From NCBI GenBank assembly GCA_044892525.1, contig CM097885.1:122822001-122886000 (forward strand): 64,000 bases of DNA. The letters are read 5' to 3'. Positions 26,312 to 37,717 of this stretch are shown here, piece after piece. The notes beneath the pieces were generated by a model. That model did not search any database and was not told the origin of the DNA. It saw only the letters and a program-made list of their open reading frames with translations. Both the position numbers and the translations under genes were made by a program. How positions within the stretch are numbered: position 1 is the first letter of the stretch; every line of letters starts with the position of its first letter. Origin of the DNA: Schmidtea polychroa (lineage: Eukaryota).

Positions 26312-27405
26312 CACCTAAATCCAGAAGTTAAAATTCTCTATAATACATGTTGGTGTGTTCATCAGTCAATGACTCACCATTTATGAGAGTGTTTATTTCA
26401 TTTTTTCATTCATTTTTTCAATTCAATTTTATTTTATGGTTTTAGAAGTAAGTTTTTTAAATTTAAGTATATTTTAAGACTTGAATTTTGATTTTATATA
26501 ATTATGAGATTCAAGCACTTAAATATTACTTGTAATCAGCATTTATAATATAAATTATTGATAATTAAATTTCAGGTGTTTTTTAGGTATTTTATGACAT
26601 GTTATGAATTTGGAATTATATCAATAAAATATAATATTTAACTTTACAAATAAAGTGCTTTATTAAATTAAAATAATCACCAAACACATTTATTTTTTTA
26701 AGACATTTAGGAAAAAAGCGGCGTATATGGATAAAATAGTTTTTTAAGTTTTTGTAATCTTCATTCTCCAGCTCATTTTCAATAGCCTCTTTGACGATGT
26801 CAAAGCGGCTTGAATTTTCGAATTTTTTTCTTCAATTCCAAAGGTGTCGATGGAACTTGTTGAATATCTTCACACAAAGGCGTTTGACTAGAAATATCTG
26901 ATATGCTGTAAAATATTTAAATTATTTGTAATTAAATGAAAAAATTCTTACATTGTCAGATCTTGACCTTCGCAAAATGGAAGTGTTTCCAAAGAAATAT
27001 CTGAAAATCTAAAGAAATATTAACTTCTAAAATATTTTATAAATGGATCTTACAATGTTTTGTCGTCCTTTTCTCGAAAACTTAAAGTTGAGTTGTCCGA
27101 TTCAAAATCCAAATTTTTTTCAGCCATGAATTTTAATAATTTAAAATTATTGATAGGTTAACAGTATGTTAATTACTTTTTACTTTCGGAATGAAAAAAA
27201 GCTATATTAAATTTGCGTGTATTTTATATTATGTGTGCTGTGTTTGTATGTAAATTTATTTTTCTATCACTTTCTCAATTCCTATAATAAAACTTTTAAC
27301 ATTCGGAACATTAAATTTTTGCACACAGGTAAGTTTGTGTGTTCCTATATTATAATTTTATCGATTTTTTTAGAATATAGAAACTTTATATTCTGGATTT
27401 AGGTG
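26312..27405 (-). mobile_element. Non-autonomous Tc1/IS630-family element
   Basis: TA-flanked TIRs CACCTAAATCCAGAA / TTCTGGATTTAGGTG, related to the termini of 61498-62423. Internal coding remnants are too decayed to assign. Confidence 0.7.
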
Positions 27406-27794
27406 TATTCTAAAATTACTCGTCATTTTTCTGTGAACCTTAAGAAGAAGAATGTCAATGGGTGAATGTGTGTCAAAATGTGGATCGACCAATTAAATAT
27501 GAATTTCATAATGGTTTACTGAATTTCTTACTGAATGACATATTTATTTTCCAACGCTTCCAGTTGCTGAAAATGGTCATCTTATTGTGGAAGTTGTCCA
27601 CATCTGTATCGCATTTCATCCGACATAACCAACTCCGCAAGTCAATCAAATCTAACAAGTACCCTCCTCACACTTCTTGTATCGAATATTGGAATTACAC
27701 CGATGAATTATGCAAACTGTTCAACGTCAAAATTGTATGCAATCGTCAGAGAATATATTGCTGAAGATTCCGTAAGATTTTACTGTTAACCAGA

Positions 27795-30700
27795 TGTTGG
27801 CGTATGTGGGGGAAGAGAAAAATATGCACACATGATTATCATACATACCAAGTATCATCGTTCCGCTCAGACACTTCCCATACATACTCCAAATGATCAT
27901 ACACATATTCCCACGTATGAGCCCGTGGTGGTGTTCCACGTTGGTGCTGCTCACACGGGTTGGAAAAAGGTTAGCTGGTGAGCCCCTGCCTTAGGACTAC
28001 TCCTAACCCTTCGGGTTCCATGGCGCCTTAGAAGGTCTTACCCGTTTCTTCACACATAGTTCAGTCCGACCCTGGTCCAAAGGGACGACTTTCGGTCTTA
28101 GACCATACTTTCCCTACCGCTTGCTCATTCAACATTACCCACACAAAATCACGCACACTAATAATACAGTCAAAGAAAATCGAACAGTTGTATTTACAAT
28201 AAACATAAAAAGACAGTCCAGATTATTTGGATAATGATAAAACATTTAAGACCCTGCACAAGATAGATGTCAAATTCTTCAAGTTCCTGCATAGGGTAGG
28301 AGGATCGGGACCGACGAAGAAGTTCACTACGAGAATGCCTCTCCTTCCGCGAGCATCTCGTCAATATCGACAGGCAAATAATGATCAGCAACATATTTAA
28401 TCCCTTCTGCCGGAATTACTTTGAAAATCTCCTTGGCGGGAATTGAATGCGTGGCAGATATCTCGTTTATTTTGGATTGCGCCACTGACAAGGATGTTTC
28501 GAGGGCGGCCATTGCGTTTCTACGCTTTTGATTTTTCTCAGAGCGCGTCAGCCGCTTACGCTTTCGATGTGGCAATGCGGCTTCTGCTGGAGGCTGAGTG
28601 AGGTGCGACACGAGGATTGGAGCCAAGATAGGGTCCGATGGACCGCCAGCCATAGGCCGATAACCAGAAAGAACTGGGGCGGGAATTGGCGGCAATTGTA
28701 GGCCATGCCCATTACAACTAGTTGTTGATGAAGTTTCAACGGATTGGTGGTGTCCTGGGAACACGTTAGTCCCATCTGGTATTGGATATTCGCGAACTCG
28801 CTTCGCTATCTCGGATTCGGAATACACTTTGTGCAGTGCCTCTGACTGGGCTTTTATGGTTAGCCTCTGGCACCTACTCTCTTCCAGGAGACTGTCACGG
28901 CAGTGCTCCAAACGTAGGATTTTGCTCTTCTCCTCCTTCATTTGTGGTGGGGAGAACCACGTACCCTCATAGAGGTCAATGCGCTTCTTTAGAGCCCCGA
29001 TATATAGATGCAATTGGGCAATATCCGCGCTCTTGTCTGCGCAAGAGAAACACGGGTGAAGTTCTTTGGTCGGATTGGATTTTGAAGACATCTAGAAATC
29101 CAGAAGGTATATAGTAATCAATAAGTTTATTTACGCGAGATCTACAAATTCGAATATGAATGCAGTCACATCGCCAATCATTCCACTCAGCAATAACTAT
29201 AGCAATGGTCAACATTCAACATCATTTTTATTATTAACAGTTTTATATCCATGGCTTCCAAATTCGGGAGACGCGGATTTTATTTCAAACCTGAAATTAA
29301 CATTATTCATTTTATTTTTATATTTGCTAAATGTAGTGGATCTTAGCGACAAGGCAAAATTGTAGGCTATCCATGTCACAGGTAATGATGAGTATTCCTT
29401 AACGCATTCTACTTTATAAATAAGAGGCGTTTAGAAAACTCTAATATCCCTTAATTTTCATTATAAAATTATTTAAAATTCAATTTAAATCGGGGTATGA
29501 GGGTAGTCATGGAAATCCCTGACTCTATCTCCATGTCAACGTGTATTACTCTCCTGTGTGTGTATGCGGGAAGTTATTCTAATTAAGTAAGTAGTGATTG
29601 TAGTTCGTGCCTTGCTATAAATCGTTGTAGTAATTTCTACATCTGATTCTCCGCTATGATATTACCAATCAGGCACATATAGTCTGCGTGTGTGTATAAA
29701 TGATGTCATGACTTATATTCTGCTCTGGCACTGACAGGCTCGTAGGTGTGTATCGTTGGATTGATCAATGCTTAATATTATCGATGGAGTTTAGTCAAAA
29801 GAAAAATCTACAATATGAATTGCGATGTCGATATTCAAATTTTGGAAATTATCTCTACAATGATCGGCTAGACTCTAACTTCCTCATTATCACTCGATAG
29901 GCTATACTTACCACAACTAGTCGTCGACGAATGGAGTTATAAAGTGGTCGTTGCCTTCTAATCTATTAGCTGAGAGTTTTCAGACAACTTCCTTATCAAT
30001 CTGTCACCATCTCTTTAAAGGAGAGTCAAATCGCAAGATAAAGCTTACCAACTGGCCGTTATCGAGTTTTCGCCAGGACTAAAGTGAGTGTTTACATTAG
30101 TTATCGGGAAGTTTTCATGTTTCGTCTAGATTCGACAGTTATCAACGATAGAGGCCTGACAAGATGGATTGTAGCGTCTACTCTACTCAGATTAAAATCT
30201 AGATAGGAGATCTATCCGCTAACGTCTTAGCAATGTACATCCTAACCGAATCCAACTTCAGACAAAAATCTCGGATGGATCCCGTGGATTTCTACAGGTG
30301 AATACTGCTCACAATCATTGGGTCATTCGATTTGTCTTTTCGTCGATCATGGCGAAGTGCAACGAAGAATGAATGAAGAGAGATTTAGCTATCGCGTTGC
30401 AAATTCGTAAGTCGAAGATATGCCGGAATTTTCAGTCGATGGATTCTCTGCATCCCGTCTGGGTTCTCAACAATTCGTAGGAAATATTTTGTGAAAACGA
30501 CCGATCATCACTCGGTGGACAATCCTCTCCGTGCAAAATAGCTATCATGCCTCAGATGTCCTCACCCCTCCTGACCCACCTAAGCGCGGCAATCATCGCT
30601 GCCACCGCCCTTAGACCGCCAGGAGGGACGATTCTATCTCCTCAACCATTAATCATAAATGTTCATAAAAATTATTATAAAATTGAATGATATAATTAAA

Positions 30701-31830
30701 TAAATGGATACATTCGTTGTGAAATTATTTATTATATGGAAAATTACTTGTCTGGCGACCACGCCGTCTGAGTCTCGAATATGATGCCGTTCCATGATAA
30801 TCGCAATCGTTTAACCATTTCAATTTGTTGCAATACTGACTTTATCCAGATTCCCAATATCACTTCTAATAGCCATTCTCGTAGCTTCTTCTACAGATTT
30901 ATTTGAATTTTCCGCATCATATTAGATTCCCAGACGACATCGTCGCCAGACCATAGAGAGAGAGAGCAACATCTTTCGAAATCAAAAAATTTATTAGAAT
31001 AAAATATTTCATCTTGTCATTCATTTCATATCAAAATCATAGAAACATTCAAATCAATCACCATAACTTACTAAATAGTTCCTTCGAGAGTGTTGAAAAT
31101 TGTAAACGTTCGGATTATCAACTTGAATCGGTTTTCCTTTGGTTCAGTTAGACTCTTATAGTAGATTTCGTCGAATTGTCGTTAAAATAGTGCTTAATAT
31201 GCTGCTATCTAGTCCTGTAGAGTAGCGATTAAAAGTGGTAGTATAAAACAATAAAATTTTTACCTGTAGAGTAGCGATTAAAAGTGGTACTCTACAGATT
31301 TTCCATATTCCTTATATACTATTTTTCGTCCAATCAGGACGCGCCTTGTTTGTAATATTATTATTTATTATTATTTATGTGTTTTTATTATACTATGTTA
31401 GATTTTAATGCCTTTTCTTATTTCTATTATTATTTTATTTATTTTCCTATTTTCTATTATTTTTTCTTCTGTTTTTCTTGTGACTTTATTGTTATTTTAT
31501 AATAATAATTGTTATTATCATAATAATTAATTAGCCTATTTATTTGAGAATTTCTATTTTATTTTCTTAAATTTCTCGTTTATTTCTTACGTTTTATTAT
31601 TTTATGTTTTTCCTTTTCCTATCATGTGTCTTGGGTAATTTTACCTTATTTGTCGCCTTATGCATTCTATTGTTTTATTAGTTATCTTTATTTCTTTTAT
31701 ATTCTTATTTTCTTTTATTGTTATCTGATTTAGTTATTCCTATATTTCTCGTGATTTTATTGAAAATTTATTTTATCCTATTTATTCGTTCTCAACCAGA
31801 TTTTCAGCACTCTCGAAGTTTAGCCCAACA
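27795..31830 (-). mobile_element. 4,036-bp solo-LTR-like element carrying an ORF
   Basis: TGTTGG...CCAACA termini and a 4-bp TSD CAGA (27791-27794 and 31831-31834). A-rich 5' part on the minus strand, like the other LTRs here. No gag, pol or env motifs found. Confidence 0.75.
28327..29091 (-). CDS. Unknown 254-aa protein (CxxC, coiled coil, Pro-rich linker, basic NLS-like patch) inside the LTR-like element
   Basis: Intact ATG-to-stop ORF with raised GC. Homologous to decayed copies at 3763-4244 and 40566-40968. Confidence 0.8.
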   Translation of the reverse strand: MSSKSNPTKELHPCFSCADKSADIAQLHLYIGALKKRIDLYEGTWFSPPQMKEEKSKILRLEHCRDSLLEESRCQRLTIKAQSEALHKVYSESEIAKRVREYPIPDGTNVFPGHHQSVETSSTTSCNGHGLQLPPIPAPVLSGYRPMAGGPSDPILAPILVSHLTQPPAEAALPHRKRKRLTRSEKNQKRRNAMAALETSLSVAQSKINEISATHSIPAKEIFKVIPAEGIKYVADHYLPVDIDEMLAEGEAFS

Positions 31831-31964
31831 CAGATATGAAGGTGTTGCCAATTGCGGGTTATGATGACGAGACCATTTCTAGAAACTCTCCATGTTCCAA
31901 ATCTTTCATAAACTTAATGATTCGTGAGGCAGGAGTCTAAAAGCTTTCTTATGTTTATTACATT

Positions 31965-32203
31965 CAGTATGTTAATTACATTCTACTTTCGGAATAAAAA
32001 AAGCTATATTAAATTTGCGTGTATTTATATTATGTGTGCTGTGTTTGTATGTAAAATTATTTTTCTGTCACCTTCTCAATTCCTATAATAAAACTTTTAA
32101 CTTTCGGAACATTAAATTTTTGCACACAGGTAAGTTTGTGTATAGTATAATTTTATCGATTATTTTTTAGATTATAGAAACTTTTATATTTCGGATTTAG
32201 GTG
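31965..32203 (+). repeat. Second copy of the right end of the Tc1/IS630 element (direct repeat of 27162-27405)
   Basis: ~240 bp aligning at roughly 90% by eye and ending TTTAGGTG-TA. Confidence 0.85.
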
Positions 32204-32339
32204 TATAGTTTATACGCATTTGTTTATGTGAGCATTTGTCATCCTGCGCAATTGTCACTGTGCACATTTGCCTGACAACCAATCAGGATTATTCGATAAG
32301 GGATATTTTATTATTTTAAGCGTAGGTAGTTCTCAATAG

Positions 32340-33353
32340 TGTTGGGTTATTGAGTTGGTGATAAATTTTAAATGTTACTCTAACTCCAAGCGTGTCTTTA
32401 TGCGATTCACTAATAACACTTGACAACAGAAATCTTTATTGATAATCACAAATAAACTTTCACTTGACATTGACAATAAATTCAACACTCTGCTTGGTGA
32501 CTATACAATGCTTATTACAACACTCGGTGAGGAATAGCACTTGAGTATAACACCGGATTAAAAGATCACAAATTACTGATTGGTTTCTAAACTGGGGTTT
32601 TGAGCTGGTTGTTTTCTTTGACTTTCTTCCAAACTTTATTCAGATAATCAAATAACTTCTTTTCGTTTTATTATTCAACTAATTCCTTTCTTCAACTCTT
32701 CTCCAATAATTATTTTCCACAATTATTTCCTTTACAATTATTTTGACAATCGTTTGTCCAACAACGTTTCGTCCAACGTTGTCTAATTTTCTCAAATAAT
32801 TTTATCTCTCAAATCGTTTCTTAAATCGTCTCTCAAATCGTCTTCCAAATCGTTTTCAATTTCGCGTCACTTTGTCTCTAATTTTTCTTCTAATTTTGTT
32901 GCCATTTCATGTTCACCAGTTTTCCCTTATATAGTTCGCTTCTCTTGTGGCACTCCAGATAATCAAGTGGTTTTCCATTTTCCTTCTCCTGCTTTTCCCG
33001 ACTGTCCCATTTTTATCTCTGACAGCTGTCAAGTTGTTTTCCCTTAATTGTTTGACCACCTTCTCCCATCAATTCTATTAACACTGGCAAGCTGTCGAGA
33101 TAAGAATATTGTTGTTTTCCTTTTTCCCCGATTTCAAAATTCCTTTTCCTTTTGTACTAATTAATTAGTACTGACCTTGGTTTTTATTTTCCTGTTTGAT
33201 AACTTTTATTTTCTTTCTCTTTCTCATTTTTAATTTCTTTTCACTTCCGTTTTCTTTTCTGAGTTTCAATAGATCGTCCCGTTTGTCATGGCGATCTTCC
33301 CCCAGGTAACTTTATTTGTTTCTTTATAAATTGTTATTTAGGTATCCTCAACA
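32340..33353 (-). mobile_element. Solo LTR (Ty3/Gypsy-like), 1,014 bp
   Basis: TGTTG...TCAACA with a 4-bp TSD ATAG on both sides. Minus-strand polyA signal and A-rich U3. Confidence 0.85.
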
Positions 33354-33396
33354 ATAGTAATTTAATTATACTATATATAAAAAATAAGTAAAATTA

Positions 33397-33531
33397 TCCT
33401 AAAATCGCGCAGATAAGCCGCATCCTCAGATAAACCGCATTTATATATTTTTTAAAAATCACTTGACATTTTTTCTAAAAAAATTTGACTATTTTTCAGA
33501 TATTCCGCGGCTTATCTGCGCGATTTTAGGG
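33397..33531. mobile_element. 135-bp Tc1/pogo-type MITE
   Basis: 24-bp perfect TIR CCTAAAATCGCGCAGATAAGCCGC with TA flanks. Confidence 0.85.
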
Positions 33532-33552
33532 TAGTTATTTAATATACCTAAA

Positions 33553-33558
<6 letters not shown>

Positions 33559-33606
<48 letters not shown>
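33559..33606. repeat. (TA)n microsatellite
   Basis: Direct reading. A second (TA)n is at ~33973-33998. Confidence 0.9.
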
Positions 33607-33609
<3 letters not shown>

Positions 33610-33972
33610 TAGATATTTATAGTTAATTAAAGGTATTTTTAGTAAATTTTATTTATATATAAATAGATATTGAATCAAGAAAAGGGACGAAAAATCATAA
33701 ATATTAGATGCGACGACAACAAAAAACTGGCAGATCTTGGAAATTGTAATTACAGAAAATACAATGTTAATTAATCGATAGATCTGAAGAAAAACAAAAT
33801 TGGAAACATTTATTCAGAAATATTTGACAATTTGGATTATAATCTCAGCAATATTGGAAAATTGAAATCAACTTTTTCTGAATATCCTTTAATTTGGATT
33901 TCAAGTGATTCCGAAAGCTCTCAAAACAACACAACTAACCGTTCCCAGGTGTGATTGAGTAATAAACTAATT

Positions 33973-33998
<26 letters not shown>

Positions 33999-34003
<5 letters not shown>

Positions 34004-34803
34004 GGGTTAGAGCAAAAACAAAATAAATTTCACAGGGTACCAGAAAGCAGAACAAAAATTGGTAAAATCAATATAAGTACAAAATTAATTAAAATTTAAT
34101 GAAAATTAAAAATCAATATTGAACTGGGGTATCGGGTATGGTTGAATGCCAAATTGTTAGACGAGGTTGGAAAGCATAATAAAAATGTAATAGGGTGATC
34201 ATAGAAAAAGTTAATAAGGGAAAACAAATTAATTAAAATTAATTAATCTGTAATGGAAAGCCCGAGCCAATGGAAAGCCCGAGCCCATGGGAAACCCGAG
34301 CACTGAAGAAAACCCGATGCGCAGTGAGACCCGAGACACCAGATAAGGGAATAACAATTCGAATTATAATTGCAGGGTAAATAAATTAAAATAATTGTCG
34401 AACCGTTCAAAATTTACTTAGGGTGCCCGGGTAAACAATTAATTTCATTTTGCTAGATAATTGGCCTCTTAAAAACAGTATAAAAGGAGAGCTTAGAAAT
34501 GAGCAAGCCGCCATTTAGTTGAAGAGGAAAAGGAAAAAGCTAAGCAGAAAATCCAGCAAGGACAAGTCAAAAGAGGGAATTGGTGAATTATAAAGAAGCC
34601 AGAATAGTACAAGAAAAGGTAATTGCCCCTTGGGTTTTTACCTCATAAAATAAATTTGAATTGAGAAAAAGGTGCAAACAGTGACAGATTGTAATTGTGA
34701 TAAAAATCAAATAAATTTATTCTGTGTTGAGTTTTCATTGATTTGGTAAAATAAGAACACGAGGAGTCAGAGAAAGGACCGACTTACAAATAAAAACTCA
34801 ACA
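33999..34803 (+). mobile_element. Solo LTR of the TGTTGGGG family
   Basis: TGTTGGGGTT...CTCAACA, ~16-bp AATGGAAAGCCCGAGCC repeats, and a 3' block GAACAC..GGAGTCAG..ACCGACTTACA shared with 21923-22681. TSD tata/tatg. Confidence 0.85.
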
Positions 34804-34865
34804 TATGTGTCGTAGGCAAATGGTAATTTTAGGAAAATAACATTTGGCTAGGCAAATGCCTAATT

Positions 34866-34975
34866 CCCTACGAAGTCAGCATTTGCGTTAGAACACTATT
34901 TAGCAGGTTAGAGTCTCGGTCGTTAACGGAATTAACCAGACAAATCGCTCCACCAACTAAGATCGGCCATGCACC
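34866..34975 (-). rRNA. 18S rRNA gene fragment (pseudogene)
   Basis: Reverse complement reads GGTGCATGGCCGATCTTAGTTGGTGGAGCGATTTGTCTGGTTAATTCCGTTAACGACCGAGACTCTAACCTGCTAAATAG, a conserved eukaryotic SSU segment. No flanking rDNA. Confidence 0.92.
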
Positions 34976-35289
34976 GTTCCTAGTCAAATGGAAATGAAAT
35001 AATAGCTAAAGCTATTTGACTATCAGTACTTTTTATTGTTTTGTTTATTTTTAGATTTACAGCAGGGTACTCGTAAGAAAAGTACAATCATATTCTGTGT
35101 TGTTTATTATCGGGTATAAATTTCATCTTGCTTTGACACCTATATTTAGCTGTTTGTGCATATTAGGACCATCCTTGATCGCTAAGAAATAATCTTCAGT
35201 CGGTTTGTATAACTGATTACCTTTCCTTTAGTAAGCGACAGTTATTTCATTTTTTATAAAATTAAATAAAATTTTGCAAACCACATGTA

Positions 35290-35492
35290 CAGTCTTACCC
35301 CGGTTAACGTTGTTAAATGGTTCCAGAAAAACGCGATGTTAACCGAAACAACGTTATACGAAGCAATTATAATTAAGAAAAAAATTCGCAATTAAATAGA
35401 TTTAAAACGTTACAGTGGGTATGACTATAATGGTGGACCGACGTTACAGCGAAACAACTTTATTCGGGGCAACGTTATCCGGGGTATGACTG
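35290..35492. mobile_element. Tigger/pogo-type MITE
   Basis: TIR CAGTC(T/A)TACCCCGG(T/A)TAACGTTG (21 of 23 match) with TA TSD. Confidence 0.85.
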
Positions 35493-35559
35493 TATTTATT
35501 TGTCTATTTAACCTATACGTGAAAATACTTTTTCTGGAGTCAGATATTTTATTGTGCTA

Positions 35560-35810
35560 GGTGTACTCCACTATACGAACCTAACACTAAACCTATATTG
35601 GTAACCTTGCTCGTTTTTCACTGTCCAACCCATACCAGAAACTTAATGTAACCAGGTTGTACCCGTCACCAGTGACACTGGTGATATGCAATCTGGGTGA
35701 AGTTCCAGAAACTCATTGGGCTTGCTACTTCCTCAGATTTCCTGGGTCCAAGATATTAGTAGAAGACACAATCTTTCTCATTCGGTTTGGATGTTTTTAT
35801 TATTGAATCA
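35560..35810 (-). repeat. Fragment of the ORF-bearing LTR family (3' non-coding motif)
   Basis: Minus strand GAGAAAGA..TCTTCT..GACCCAG..TAGCAAGCCC..GAACTTCACC..GTCACTGGTGACGGG is colinear with 42765-42902. Confidence 0.6.
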
Positions 35811-36324
35811 ATAGAAAAATCCTAATGAATTTTGAGCATGGACCTGGCATCCTCCAAACAATTATTGATCTGACACTAAATTTGTGCATTGTTTAACATT
35901 AATAATGAACTATAGACGATATCAAGTGTTATTGAATAACACAATTGGTTACCAATTTACAGCAATACCAATAATTAAATATTACAAAAATATGGCTTGA
36001 GTGCTTATTTGAACCCTTTCTGGAAGAATAACACATTTACAATAAGACTTGGAATTCACAACCACTTAACTACTATTTCTGGTTTCAATGATAAGTAGAG
36101 TTGATCTAGTTGCTTTCTTAGCTTTAACTTGAATAAACTCGATAACTTTAATTTGTTTTAATTGTTTTTGACAGTATTGTTCAATCAATTCATCAATTCG
36201 ACTTGAGATTGGGGCATCGTCGTGTGTAGCGTTAAATTCAGATCCATCTGGTTGTTTACCTCAACTCCTTTAGGAACTGGAGAACCTACATTTCCAATGA
36301 CATTATCGGGAGGTTTCAGATATT

Positions 36325-36440
36325 TGTTGAGGTCTCACTATTTGAAAACCCCAACTTACTGGTTCTTATATAAATAATTAAACAACATAGGACCGGTTAT
36401 AAAATTTATTCAAAAATCAAATTCACCTTTTAATAATGTA
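36325..36440 (-). repeat. LTR-like terminal fragment (homologous to 41160 onward)
   Basis: TGTTGAGG..CAACTT..TCTTATATAAATAA..ATTCACCTTTT shared with 41160-41285. Confidence 0.55.
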
Positions 36441-37717
36441 CAATTAGATTTATTTTCCAACTCTCAAACTTTACTGATCGACAATAGGTGCTGGTTATGT
36501 TCTGTTAATATGTTATATCGTGCGTGTTGTGTTATAAGTGCAAAAAAATATTCTGATAGACGTTTTGTGCTGTCTTAATTTAAAATCTCATAGAGATTAC
36601 CTCTTCAAGATTCCGGAGCTAGCTAAGAATTTTTGGGCGACTAAACTGATTTTAGTAGTCGCTTATATACAAAATTTTTATACATAAATTAATTTTATTT
36701 ATTTTAGATTTTCATCTTTCTCTTAGAATTTTTAAATTAATTTTATTCATTTCAGTCTCGTCAGAAATTTTATTGGAATATAAACCGATTAACTTGACAT
36801 TGGAATTTAAAACTGATTAACTTGACATTATAAATTAATTGTTTAAATATATTTTAAATTATTATTATTATTTGTAAAAATTAATTTCTTTTTAAATACC
36901 CTTTATTTTTTGTGTTTACAAATTATAAGTTTACATAAAATTCATAACAAAATACAACTTTGATAAAACTAAAATTTATATACAATTCGACATAGATGAA
37001 TAAAAATAAAATTTAATAAAGTTAATAATAAAAACACAGAAAATGTTAATCAATATAAGTGAATGTCAAATAAAATTTGATAAAGTTCAAAACACAGCAA
37101 ATTGTTCTTATCTGAGGAATTGGATTGTTGATCTATTGTTGAGCTGTTGGAGAGAATTTTTATTTATCTACGTTCTTCGGCTTACACATTGACCCTGTAC
37201 TTGTTTGGCCCTGTTCTATAATATTTATCTAGAGTAAGTGATAGTGATAGTGACACACCGAAATAACATAAAAAACTACAACCACATATAAGATCTGATT
37301 GGATGCATACTATAATCGGAGAAATGCTATAACTGGTTTTACAACAATTATTATTATTACTGGATTTAAAGATTAAAATAGAAGTAAATAATCCAACCAG
37401 CGGAATCTGCAAAAAAACCAGCACACAAGCAAATATTTATGCACCAAAGATCAGCACTTCAATACTTTCAGAAAGTAAATGTCATAAAAATCTAGATGCA
37501 TAGGATATCCAATCTATGCACTAAAAAACTATAAGCAGTAGTTAAACTTCAACAAAGTCTTAGACAGAAAAGGATATCACAATAAAGGTATCGAAAGAAT
37601 AAATTCAAAACCAAAACGATCTAGAGAGACAAAATCAACATAAGAAATATTTTAAAAATAATTGGTGAAAAATACTATTCATTTAATAATAGAATTTATA
37701 TAAATTAAAAGTTAGAA

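Noticed and set aside
26355-26385. CTGATGA hammerhead core on the minus strand
   Set aside because: No stem II or GAAA follows, so the topology cannot be completed.
28782-29114. Plus-strand 110-aa ORF (also 40532-40954 minus, 19710-19949 plus and 20407-20697 plus)
   Set aside because: Antisense shadows of real or decayed coding frames on the other strand. Not conserved between homologous copies.
30300-30480. Possible RT motifs (FDLRICN, FAMIDEK) on the minus strand
   Set aside because: Wrong spacing and no YXDD or other supporting motifs.
31215-31297. Short tandem duplication with a 10-bp hairpin as a Helitron 3' end
   Set aside because: No CTRR terminus after the hairpin, and it is internal to the 4-kb element.
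37370-37450. ANIYAP resembling an L1/Tx1 APE endonuclease motif
   Set aside because: A single short motif with no other APE or RT motifs nearby.
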